DNA of 64,000 bases from an uncultured Dehalococcoidia bacterium. Lineage in GTDB: Bacteria > Chloroflexota > Dehalococcoidia > Lucifugimonadales > UBA1123. Below the pieces are notes generated by a model. That model was not told the DNA's origin. It did no database searches and worked only from the letters and a program-made list of their open reading frames with translations. Made by a program: the position numbers and the translations under genes. Shown here piece after piece: positions 56,381 through 64,000 of the stretch; the first letter of the stretch is position 1, and each line of letters begins with the position of its first letter. The stretch lies in contig OY282441.1 in NCBI GenBank assembly GCA_958296105.1, forward strand, positions 1,941,800 through 2,005,799. The letters are read 5' to 3'.

Positions 56381-57706
56381 TCATCGCCCTGAGTCTTCGA
56401 GCGCTTCCGGTGGGAGAGTCTTTATGGAATGGTAGCTGCCATCTTTGCTTATCATGGTCAGAAACACTGTGTCCGATCCTTGGCTGTCGTCTCCGAAGGA
56501 GAGACTGAATCCGTCTATGTCTATCGCCTCCGCGCCTCGGATGGCGTCCATGAAGCACTCTCTAGTTACCCTCGGCGCGCACTCCTCCACGCCCAAGATC
56601 GCTAGGCGTCCCGCCAAGTACCCCTCGAGGGATACGAAGTTGGGGACAGCTTCAGAGTCGTAGGCAGACAGCGCGCTCATGTACGAAGAGACGGCGGGGT
56701 GGGATGAATCGGTGGGCAGAGGCACGACCTGGGTGACGAACACACCTTCCGCGTCCTTGCCAAGCGCCTGCGCCAGCTCGTTCCCGCCCGTGAAGGATAT
56801 GGCTATGAACACCAGGTTCATCCCTATGTGGCGCGCCCAAGCTATCGCCGATGCCACAGGCTGGTATGCGCCAATCAGGACAACCGCTTCGGGGTCTCCG
56901 CGCCTGAGGTCCAGAAGCCCGCGCTTGACGGCTGTGGTGTTGCGCGGGTAGATGCCCACCGCCGCGACTTCCATGCCGCGCCTATCCAGCGCTTCCTGCA
57001 CGCCACTGTAGCCGGCGCGCCCAAACGAGTCGTCTTGGTACATGACGCCTATCCGTGTAATGCCCAGATCGGTGGTGAGGCGCTCGACCATCTCCTCGGT
57101 CTCCTGATAGTAGCTGGCGCGCAGGTGGATGATGTGTTCCAGCTTCGGATCGCGCAGGAACTCGGCGCCCGTAAAGGGGGCGATGTAGGGAACGCCTGCG
57201 GCATCGGCCACTGGAACGGCGGCCCGAGAGGTGGGAGTGCCAACCGCGCCGATGAGCGCGAACACCTTTTCGACCTCGATCAGGTCCTGCGTGTTGGAGA
57301 GCGAAGCCTCCGGCTCGTAGGCATCGTCGAGAGATACCAAGTCGATCCGCAACCCCTTGACTCCGCCATTCGCGTTGGCCTCGTAGAAGGCAGCCTCGAC
57401 GCCGCGCCGCATCTCGATGCCCAGCCGCTGGGTGGGCCCGCTGAAGGCTGCGGACTGGCCGAACAGCACGCGCTCGTCGGTCACCCCTATGAGGTCGGGA
57501 GTGGATGGCGCGGTCTCGACCTCGGCGACTGCTTCAGGCTCGGCCTCTTGGTCGCCGCGGTCGAGCAGCGTCAGATATAGCGCGACCGATATCAGCGCAG
57601 CCAAGACGAGCGCCGCGCCAATGCCGGCCAGCAGACGCGGCCTCGATTTGAGATTGAGACTCTGTCGGAGATTGAGACTCTGTCGGATGAGCTGGAGCTG
57701 TTTCAT
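56381..57706 (-). CDS. Periplasmic/extracytoplasmic substrate-binding protein, LivK (Peripla_BP_6) type
   Basis: 441 aa with a signal/anchor helix. FGQSAAFSGPTQRLGIEMRRGVEAAF...GGVKGLRIDLVSLDDAYEP...VFALIGAVGTP is a typical branched-chain/urea-type SBP pattern. Confidence 0.88.
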   Translation of the reverse strand: MKQLQLIRQSLNLRQSLNLKSRPRLLAGIGAALVLAALISVALYLTLLDRGDQEAEPEAVAEVETAPSTPDLIGVTDERVLFGQSAAFSGPTQRLGIEMRRGVEAAFYEANANGGVKGLRIDLVSLDDAYEPEASLSNTQDLIEVEKVFALIGAVGTPTSRAAVPVADAAGVPYIAPFTGAEFLRDPKLEHIIHLRASYYQETEEMVERLTTDLGITRIGVMYQDDSFGRAGYSGVQEALDRRGMEVAAVGIYPRNTTAVKRGLLDLRRGDPEAVVLIGAYQPVASAIAWARHIGMNLVFIAISFTGGNELAQALGKDAEGVFVTQVVPLPTDSSHPAVSSYMSALSAYDSEAVPNFVSLEGYLAGRLAILGVEECAPRVTRECFMDAIRGAEAIDIDGFSLSFGDDSQGSDTVFLTMISKDGSYHSIKTLPPEALEDSGR

Positions 57707-57709
57707 CCA

Positions 57710-58123
57710 TCACCTGCGCGCGACAAGCGTCAGTCGGTTCTTGCCCTCGCGCCTTTGGTAGGAGGACTCATCCGCCATGGTGCGCACGAGGTGTAGGCCT
57801 AGCCCTCCGATGTCCCGTCCCTCGACTGTGGAGTCCAAGTCAGGTATGGGAGCGTCTTCCAGCGGATCGAACGGCTGTCCGTCATCCAGTATCTCGATGG
57901 TTACGGCGTCGGCTTCGGACGTGAGAGTAACTTCGAACTCGCCCTCGGAGTCGAGGTAGGCGTGATCCATGATGTTGATGCCGATCTCCTCGATGAGGAG
58001 TTTCACCTTGAAGGTGAGATCGCTGGGCCAGCGCTCCCTTTGTCCGACGTCCTCAATGGCGGCGAACACGCGATCGAGCTCCTCACGTCTCGACTCTACT
58101 TTGAGTGAGAGTTTCACACCCAA
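57710..58123 (-). CDS. RsbW/SpoIIAB-like anti-sigma-type serine kinase (HATPase_c_2)
   Basis: 137 aa. ...LLIEEIGINIMDHAY... and ...GGLGLHLVRTMADESSY are present. Confidence 0.85.
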   Translation of the reverse strand: MGVKLSLKVESRREELDRVFAAIEDVGQRERWPSDLTFKVKLLIEEIGINIMDHAYLDSEGEFEVTLTSEADAVTIEILDDGQPFDPLEDAPIPDLDSTVEGRDIGGLGLHLVRTMADESSYQRREGKNRLTLVARR

Positions 58124-58135
58124 GCCTCAGCCTCT

Positions 58136-59293
58136 TCATCCTATGCACAGAGTCAGGCAGGTAACGTCATCGAACTGTGGGTTGTCTCCTGCGAAGGCAT
58201 CCACAGCCTTGAAGATTATTTCTGAAGCCTTTTCGGGGTCTGTGGGCGACGATCCCCCGAAGACCGACAGCAGCCGATCCATGCCGAACTCCTCGCCCTC
58301 GGAGTCGACCGCCTCGGTGACGCCGTCTGTGTACATGACTATGGTGTCGCCTTCGGAGAGGGTGATCGTATTCTGCTGGTATTCCATGTCCTCCACCACC
58401 CCGAGCGCTATGCCGTTGGTGGATGGGAGTACAGCAGAGCTGCCGTCAGCATGTATTACGAAAGGGAAGTTGTGGCCGCCGTTGGAATACGTAAGCCGCC
58501 TGCTTTCAGGGTCGTACTCCGCGTAGAGCAGTGTGACGAACATGGACGCCTCGTTGTCCTCTACGAGCAGGTCATTGACGGTCTTGACCACATCGCTGGG
58601 CTTGCCCTGCCCAATGGCCGCGCCCTTGAGCAGGGTGCGGCAGGACATCATGAACAGAGCGGCCGGAACGCCCTTGTCCGATACGTCGGCTATGGCAAGT
58701 CCGATCTTGCCATTGGCGAGGCGCATGACGTCGAAGAAGTCGCCTCCCACGTTGCGCGCAGAGCGCATATGTCCGAAGACTTTATAGTCCAGCCCCTCCG
58801 GGAACTGGGTTGGAAGGATGGACTGCTGCATCTTGCTGGCGACGTCCAGCTCGTTCTCCAGAGCGACGAGCCTGTCTCGGGACGAGAGCGCGTCCTTCCA
58901 CTCCTCGATGTGCTGGAGCGTGCGCTCCATGGTTATCTGGAGGTCCTTGAAGTCGAGCGGCTTGGTCACGAAGTCGAATGCGCCGCGGTTCATGGCAGTG
59001 CGTATGTTCTGCATGTCGCCATAGGCGGAGATGATCACGGCGCGCATGTTCGGGTCTATCTTGGGGATCTGCTCCAAGAGGGTGAGACCGTCCATCTGCG
59101 GCATGTTGATGTCCGAGAGCACCATGTCGATGTCCGAATCCTCGCTCAGCTTGTCCAGCGCCTCCAGTCCGTTGTGCGCAAAGACGAAGGTATAGCGCTT
59201 GGACCGAATGAGACGGCGCATACGCTGTAGAAAGAGGGGTTCGAGATCCACCTCGTCATCTACCACGAGGATCTTGTATGGCCCCTGTTGCAT
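58136..59293 (-). CDS. Response regulator receiver fused to a PP2C/SpoIIE phosphatase (RsbU-like)
   Basis: 385 aa. The REC domain is ILVVDDEVD...DMVLSDINMPQMDG...KP. The PP2C domain is GGDFFDV...AIADVSDKG...YSNGGH...TDGVTEA. Confidence 0.9.
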   Translation of the reverse strand: MQQGPYKILVVDDEVDLEPLFLQRMRRLIRSKRYTFVFAHNGLEALDKLSEDSDIDMVLSDINMPQMDGLTLLEQIPKIDPNMRAVIISAYGDMQNIRTAMNRGAFDFVTKPLDFKDLQITMERTLQHIEEWKDALSSRDRLVALENELDVASKMQQSILPTQFPEGLDYKVFGHMRSARNVGGDFFDVMRLANGKIGLAIADVSDKGVPAALFMMSCRTLLKGAAIGQGKPSDVVKTVNDLLVEDNEASMFVTLLYAEYDPESRRLTYSNGGHNFPFVIHADGSSAVLPSTNGIALGVVEDMEYQQNTITLSEGDTIVMYTDGVTEAVDSEGEEFGMDRLLSVFGGSSPTDPEKASEIIFKAVDAFAGDNPQFDDVTCLTLCIG

Positions 59294-59434
59294 GGTTACA
59301 GTCCTAGCGATGTGCGGGATTCAGATAGATGTCCAGCCACGCTCCACCGGACCCTGCTCACTCTGTAAGCGCTGGGGTGTCTCCGCGCCCCGCTGGATGC
59401 GGACGGGCGCGGAGTGGCGGATGGGAGATCGCTC

Positions 59435-59773
59435 TCAGGCATTGAGTGTGGCGATCGCCTCGGCTTGGGTGGATTGAACTTGTATGATCTGGTCGAATCC
59501 GCTGATTTGGAAGACCTCTCGTATAGGGTCGGACAGGGAACAGACGACCAGCTGCGCGTCCCGTCTGCGCAGCGTCTTAGCCGCGATCAGGATTACGCGG
59601 AGGCCTGCACTGCTGATGTACGAGAGATGCTCGAAGTTCAGCACCACGGCGCGGTCGTTCTCGTCGAGCGCGCCGGTGAAGTAGCCCTGGAATTGCTGGG
59701 CGTTGGCGCCGTCGAGACGGCCGTCTACCGTGACGATCACGGTTTGGTCTTGGCGTTCTATGTTGAAACCCAT
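59435..59773 (-). CDS. STAS-domain anti-sigma-factor antagonist (RsbV/SpoIIAA-like)
   Basis: 112 aa. An ATG at 59773 lies 8 nt after aggag. ...VLNFEHLSYISSAGLRVILIAAK carries the conserved phosphorylatable Ser context. Confidence 0.88.
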   Translation of the reverse strand: MGFNIERQDQTVIVTVDGRLDGANAQQFQGYFTGALDENDRAVVLNFEHLSYISSAGLRVILIAAKTLRRRDAQLVVCSLSDPIREVFQISGFDQIIQVQSTQAEAIATLNA

Positions 59774-59929
59774 TCCCCAATCTCCTAAAAAGGTCAACTC
59801 CAAGGAGCGAAATGCAAGGCAGAGTCACAGCGCAACAGGGCGCGGCTTGGAATTTGTTACGATGACAGTGATGCTACACATGGTTGGAGGATAAGTCAAC
59901 GCTGTCTAATACGTTTCCTTGGATCTGCG

Positions 59930-61192
59930 TCAGATATCCCGCCCCAGGTTCGTCAGGAAGTCGTTGTTGTTCTTGGACCTCCGCAGGTGGCCCAGCAGCT
60001 TTTCGCTCGACTCGCCGGGGTACTTCTCATCGGAGGAGATCACCGAGACCATCCGGCGCAGCAGCCAGACCTGCTTGAGCGTCGCTTCGTTGAGCAGCAG
60101 CTCCTCGCGCCTGGTGCCGCTACGAGCCACGTCTATCGACGGGTATATCCTGCGCTCTGCCAAGCGGCGGTCGAGATGCACTTCCATGTTTCCGGTGCCC
60201 TTGAACTCCTCGTAGATCACATCGTCCATGCGGCTGCCCGTATCCACCAAGCAGGCGGCCAGGATCGTCATGCTCCCGCCCTCCTCCGTGTTGCGCGCCG
60301 CGCCGAAGAACCTCTTGGGCGGGTACAGCGCCACCGGGTCAATGCCGCCCGAGAGCGTGCGCCCACTCGTCGGAAGCGCCAAGTTGTACGCCCTCGTGAG
60401 TCGGGTTATGCTGTCCAGCAGCACCAGCACGTCCTTTCCCGCCTCCACGAGGCGCTTGGCGCGCTCCAGCACCATCTCCGCAACGCGGCAGTGGTCTTCC
60501 ACAGGCTCGTCGAAGGTGGAGCTGTACACCTCCCCGTCGATCGAGCGGCGCATGTCCGTCACCTCCTCGGGGCGTTCGCCTATCAGTGCGACCATGATGT
60601 GAACGTCCGTGTGGTTGGTGGTCACGCCGTGCGCGATATCCTTGAGGACGGAGGTCTTTCCCGCCTTGGGAGGGGATACGATCAGGCCGCGCTGTCCGCG
60701 TCCAATCGGGGCGAGAAGGTCGATGAGACGGGTAGAGAGGTTGCGGGGGACGGTTTCGAGCTGGAGGCGCTCTATGGGGAAGATCGGTGTGAGAGTCTCG
60801 AACTTGGGCCGGTTTCGCGCCGCGTCCGGCTTCACGCCGTTCACCTCCTCCACTCGGACGAGGCCGAAGTATCGCTCCCCATCCTTTGGAGGCCGCACCT
60901 GCCCGAGCATCTGGTCTCCGGTTCGCAGCCCGAAGCGCCGTATCTGAGACTGCGACACGTACACGTCGCTCACGCCGGAGTTCGCCCTGTCCTGGCGCAG
61001 GAAGCCGTAGCCGTCGTTGACTATCGACAGAATGCCGCCCGCCTTTATCGGCCCTTCGCGCTCGGCAACGGCCTTCGCCACGCGCGTAACGAGGTCATGG
61101 CGCCTGTTGGAACCGTTGACGCTCGCACCCAGATTGTCGGCGATCTTCACCAACTCGTCGTTGGATTTGGTCATGATTTCTGCAAGATTCAT
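59930..61192 (-). CDS. rho: Transcription termination factor Rho
   Basis: 420 aa. The RNA-binding region is GYGFLR...DVYVSQSQIRRFGLRTGD and the Walker A is PPKAGKT. ...LLDSITRLTRAYN and ...LVDTGSRMD are also present. Confidence 0.95.
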   Translation of the reverse strand: MNLAEIMTKSNDELVKIADNLGASVNGSNRRHDLVTRVAKAVAEREGPIKAGGILSIVNDGYGFLRQDRANSGVSDVYVSQSQIRRFGLRTGDQMLGQVRPPKDGERYFGLVRVEEVNGVKPDAARNRPKFETLTPIFPIERLQLETVPRNLSTRLIDLLAPIGRGQRGLIVSPPKAGKTSVLKDIAHGVTTNHTDVHIMVALIGERPEEVTDMRRSIDGEVYSSTFDEPVEDHCRVAEMVLERAKRLVEAGKDVLVLLDSITRLTRAYNLALPTSGRTLSGGIDPVALYPPKRFFGAARNTEEGGSMTILAACLVDTGSRMDDVIYEEFKGTGNMEVHLDRRLAERRIYPSIDVARSGTRREELLLNEATLKQVWLLRRMVSVISSDEKYPGESSEKLLGHLRRSKNNNDFLTNLGRDI

Positions 61193-61683
61193 CGTCTGCT
61201 CCGGGAAGTGTACAGTTCAGGCGCCTCTTTTCGCTTCATTGCCTGAAGGTTTGGATTGCACGTGAACCCTGCGCGCATACACGCAGAGGGTGGAAGGGTG
61301 AGAGTGTCTTTGTGCGCAAGTGGCCTTCGATAAGCCGTCCAAATGCCTGTAATCTGCCGTACACAACTCTGTTTATAGTGAGCCGAGCGCCTAGGAGGGG
61401 CTGCGGGAGGAGCGAAATGATTTGCTATATTATACACATGCGCGCGGTGGAGTCCAATGGGTGAGCGTGGCGTAACCGCTCTATATATTGTATATGGTGG
61501 AAGTTCATAAAAAGCGCATCAGCTCCCCGCTGCCCATGTTTGTCCATTTCGGCAAGCCCCTCGCCCACCGAAAGTTTCACGAGCGCAATTTTCCGGGCTG
61601 CCTGCATGAATCGGCTCGGCTGGCGTATAATGACCCAGTGGAGCCGCGGACAAAGCTCACAGATCACCAAGGCGGGATGAGAC

Positions 61684-62445
61684 ATGGACTTTAGCTTCGA
61701 GCGAGGTTCAGCCGAAAGTCCGAGAGGACACGCGCTGATCTACTTCCAAAACTCGCAGGACGCCGCTGAGCTTTTGGCGACGTACTTGGTGATTCTCCCG
61801 ATTCAGGTGGACGTGTCCAAGTACGTCCCGCCTTTCCTGATGAATCAGCTCGGCGATGCGGGAGCCAAAGATCTGTCTGCGTTCGCCTTCCCGCCAGCGC
61901 CGGAGCCGGTAAGCGGGCTGGAGTACATTCAGAGCCTGGCCGAGACGCGCGAAGACGACGTCATCTTCGGCGGCTCGATCTCCACATCGGACGTAACCCT
62001 GCTTCTGGGCATGATCAATGCGGCGATTGGATGGTACTCCGAGCTTTGCTCAGACCACACCGATCAGGCAATTTCGGCGGAAGGCGAGACCGCCAGCGCG
62101 GACGCGGACGGCCTGAGCGTCAACGACGTGCTGTACGGGCTGATGAGCGATCAGGACAAGCTGAGCGAGCTGACCAGGCTGGTCGGCCGGCTGAGAGATG
62201 CCGTGGGATCCGGGGATCTCGGACTTGCCAGCGAAACGCGGATGGAGATTATGACGCTGGGGCGGCATCTGCCGGAGAGTCATCAGGTCACCCGTCTGGC
62301 GGACACCGCCGGTACGGTGGGAGAGAACGCGGGCTATCTTGCGAACCTCTACCTTCAGCGCTGCTTCCACCTCATGGCAGAGGAGTACGTGATGCTCGGC
62401 AAAGTGGAAGACGAGATACGGGTGATCGAGGAGAGGGGCGGGTGA
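61684..62445 (+). CDS. Hypothetical protein
   Basis: 253-aa ORF with coding-like composition and no recognisable motifs. It is divergent from rho across an AT-rich region. Confidence 0.55.
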   Translation: MDFSFERGSAESPRGHALIYFQNSQDAAELLATYLVILPIQVDVSKYVPPFLMNQLGDAGAKDLSAFAFPPAPEPVSGLEYIQSLAETREDDVIFGGSISTSDVTLLLGMINAAIGWYSELCSDHTDQAISAEGETASADADGLSVNDVLYGLMSDQDKLSELTRLVGRLRDAVGSGDLGLASETRMEIMTLGRHLPESHQVTRLADTAGTVGENAGYLANLYLQRCFHLMAEEYVMLGKVEDEIRVIEERGG

Positions 62446-62464
62446 GAGTGTTTCATCGTCAGTC

Positions 62465-64000
62465 TCACCGAATCCCAAACCAGCGGCGGGGCGGTCTGAT
62501 CCGCCTGTTCAGGAAGTTTTCCAGCTCTCCACGCTTGAGCGCGATGTGGCCAGACACGCTCGCGGTGTCGTCTACTATCCAGTCCGGTATGTCTGCCATC
62601 ACCCTAGAGAAGCCCATGACAGGCGCTGACACTATGATGGAATCTCCTGACACTGTCCAGCAGCCGTCCGGAGGTCTGCGCTCCCGCGAATGCTTGTCTC
62701 GATGGAGCATGTTTGTCAGAATGCGCTGCGGTCTCTCGAATGCTGTCTCTTGGTACTCATCCAGCGTCATTACCCTGCACCAGCCCGGCAGTTTGGCGCC
62801 ATTGGGAAGGTTCTCTCTGAAAATTCCACACAGTATGGTCGAAGACAGTTCCAGCATGTCCATGTCGCCGGTTCCGGTATCGCTTCCATTCGCTTCACGT
62901 TCCGGCGCGTGCGCCGCGCCTACCTCCTCGAGCGCCCGCGCCAGATATTCGTGATAGAGCGCGGTGGTTATCCTGCCCTGTATGCTCGACACGGATCGCC
63001 TGAGTCTGCGCCGCGCTGCGGTCTCATTGCCCGGCAATGAAGTTCTGGTGTAGAACATCAGGCATCGTTTTATTATCTCGGGCGGGAAGCTGCGCGTCTC
63101 AGCATTCATAGACAGCGCGAAGCATGGATACTCCGAATATGGAATCGACTCGTCCTTTATGATCTCCTGAGCGTGTCTGCTGAACCTGTCCCTAGTGACG
63201 TCGTCGAACACCACAGGGAATCTCTTGTACGCCTGCTGAAGCCCGCGCAGCTTGCTTCTCGTAAAGTCCCTTGTGTCTATTTCTGGCATGTAGCTGAACA
63301 TAGAGCGGGTTAGCGTATCGACTAGACTGGTCTTGCCGCAGTTGCTCGACCCGTACAGTATGGCGAACATTGGCTGATCGAAGCTGAACGTGTTTCTGCG
63401 AAGAGCAGCGTTACGGAAATCGCACATGAGCGGTGAGAAATAGAACCAGCACATGAAAGTGTAGTAATCGCGCTGAAGCCTGGGCACATCCCCCGCAAAG
63501 CCATTTTCGTAGTTTCCAAAGAACTCCAGCCAGCTTGCTGCATCGGATCGCACGTCTGATTCGTCCGCGTCGAGACTCATCGGCTTGCCGGAAAGTGTGA
63601 ACTGGCCATTTTCGAGGGACAGCCAAGTCTGCGGCCCGTCCTCGTTCCCCTTTCTGGATAGATTGATGCGTGTCATCTGCCTGACGATGCTGGGTGTGAT
63701 TTTGAGACGCCCGGATCTGTCCGGTTTCATGTCCGCGAGAGCGCGCTTGAACGCAGGCTTGACAGTCTCGATTCTGGCCCTGACGGACGGAATGGAGAAA
63801 TTCGACTCTTCGGCACTCTCTGACGGCGTGAAGATGATTACGTCAGCCCCGCTCGCCTCCTTTACAGACGGGGTTTCCTCGATCCGAATTGGCTCTATCC
63901 CCACTGGGACAGGTTCCTTTCGGGGTTCCAGCTTACTGGTCGACAGGTCACGCACCGCTTCGTACTGGCCAGAGTAGTGTTCCCACGCGGCCGAGTCGTC
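62465..64000 (-). CDS. Large P-loop NTPase of unknown function (possibly SF3-helicase/VirE/primase-C-like); the reading frame stays open to the window edge
   Basis: The Walker A is ILYGSSNCGKTSLVDTL and the Walker B-like motif is FPVVFDDV. The listed ORF starts at GTG 63955, but the same frame (DDSAAWEHYSGQYEAV...) is open through 64000. A sampled line at 63421 has 30/60 G+C. Confidence 0.65.
   Translation of the reverse strand, partial: DDSAAWEHYSGQYEAVRDLSTSKLEPRKEPVPVGIEPIRIEETPSVKEASGADVIIFTPSESAEESNFSIPSVRARIETVKPAFKRALADMKPDRSGRLKITPSIVRQMTRINLSRKGNEDGPQTWLSLENGQFTLSGKPMSLDADESDVRSDAASWLEFFGNYENGFAGDVPRLQRDYYTFMCWFYFSPLMCDFRNAALRRNTFSFDQPMFAILYGSSNCGKTSLVDTLTRSMFSYMPEIDTRDFTRSKLRGLQQAYKRFPVVFDDVTRDRFSRHAQEIIKDESIPYSEYPCFALSMNAETRSFPPEIIKRCLMFYTRTSLPGNETAARRRLRRSVSSIQGRITTALYHEYLARALEEVGAAHAPEREANGSDTGTGDMDMLELSSTILCGIFRENLPNGAKLPGWCRVMTLDEYQETAFERPQRILTNMLHRDKHSRERRPPDGCWTVSGDSIIVSAPVMGFSRVMADIPDWIVDDTASVSGHIALKRGELENFLNRRIRPPRRWFGIR

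Overview
High-GC bacterial chromosomal segment, with most sampled lines well above 60% G+C. It is densely coding on both strands, and several adjacent genes overlap by one nucleotide at stop/start (TAATG or TGATG at 5945, 7550, 24856, 26160, 36390). I found no rRNA and no CRISPR array. There are two tRNA-Ser genes. Housekeeping content includes trpA/aroH, a bifunctional ATP sulfurylase/APS kinase, and a 2-oxoacid dehydrogenase operon (E3-E1a-E1b-E2). It also includes rplI-dnaB followed by a DnaD-like gene and a tandem-duplicated DnaC-like loader, plus rtcB, ilvE, moeA, an EtfB-EtfA fusion, comM/yifB, pyk, pyrD, dprA-topA-xerC and rho. The gene content (DnaD/DnaC-type loaders, Etf fusion, GcvT/DmdA-like enzyme, plant-type LRR lipoproteins) suggests a Chloroflexota-like, possibly marine or host-associated organism. 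That is inference only. Accessory or unusual content: (1) a low-GC two-gene ABC/AAA_21-type ATPase plus TOPRIM-like protein module between pyrD and the tRNA-Ser pair, my best candidate for a novel defence-type system; (2) a full-length CysRS fused to a GT2 glycosyltransferase; (3) a large serine-recombinase homolog lacking the catalytic Ser and Arg residues; (4) a seven-gene cluster (six signalling genes) with a partner-switching/two-component signalling operon that contains a near-perfect 33/99-nt tandem-repeat coiled-coil membrane protein; (5) a 42-nt iteron-like array that reiterates the dnaB stop region in front of the DnaD-like gene; (6) tandem plant-type LRR lipoprotein paralogs; (7) REP-like hairpin elements, an IS Zn-ribbon relic, and duplication scars around a small low-GC membrane gene; (8) a lower-GC right end encoding a large P-loop NTPase that runs off the window. 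All functional calls come from motif and domain recognition in the supplied translations. No database search was possible.
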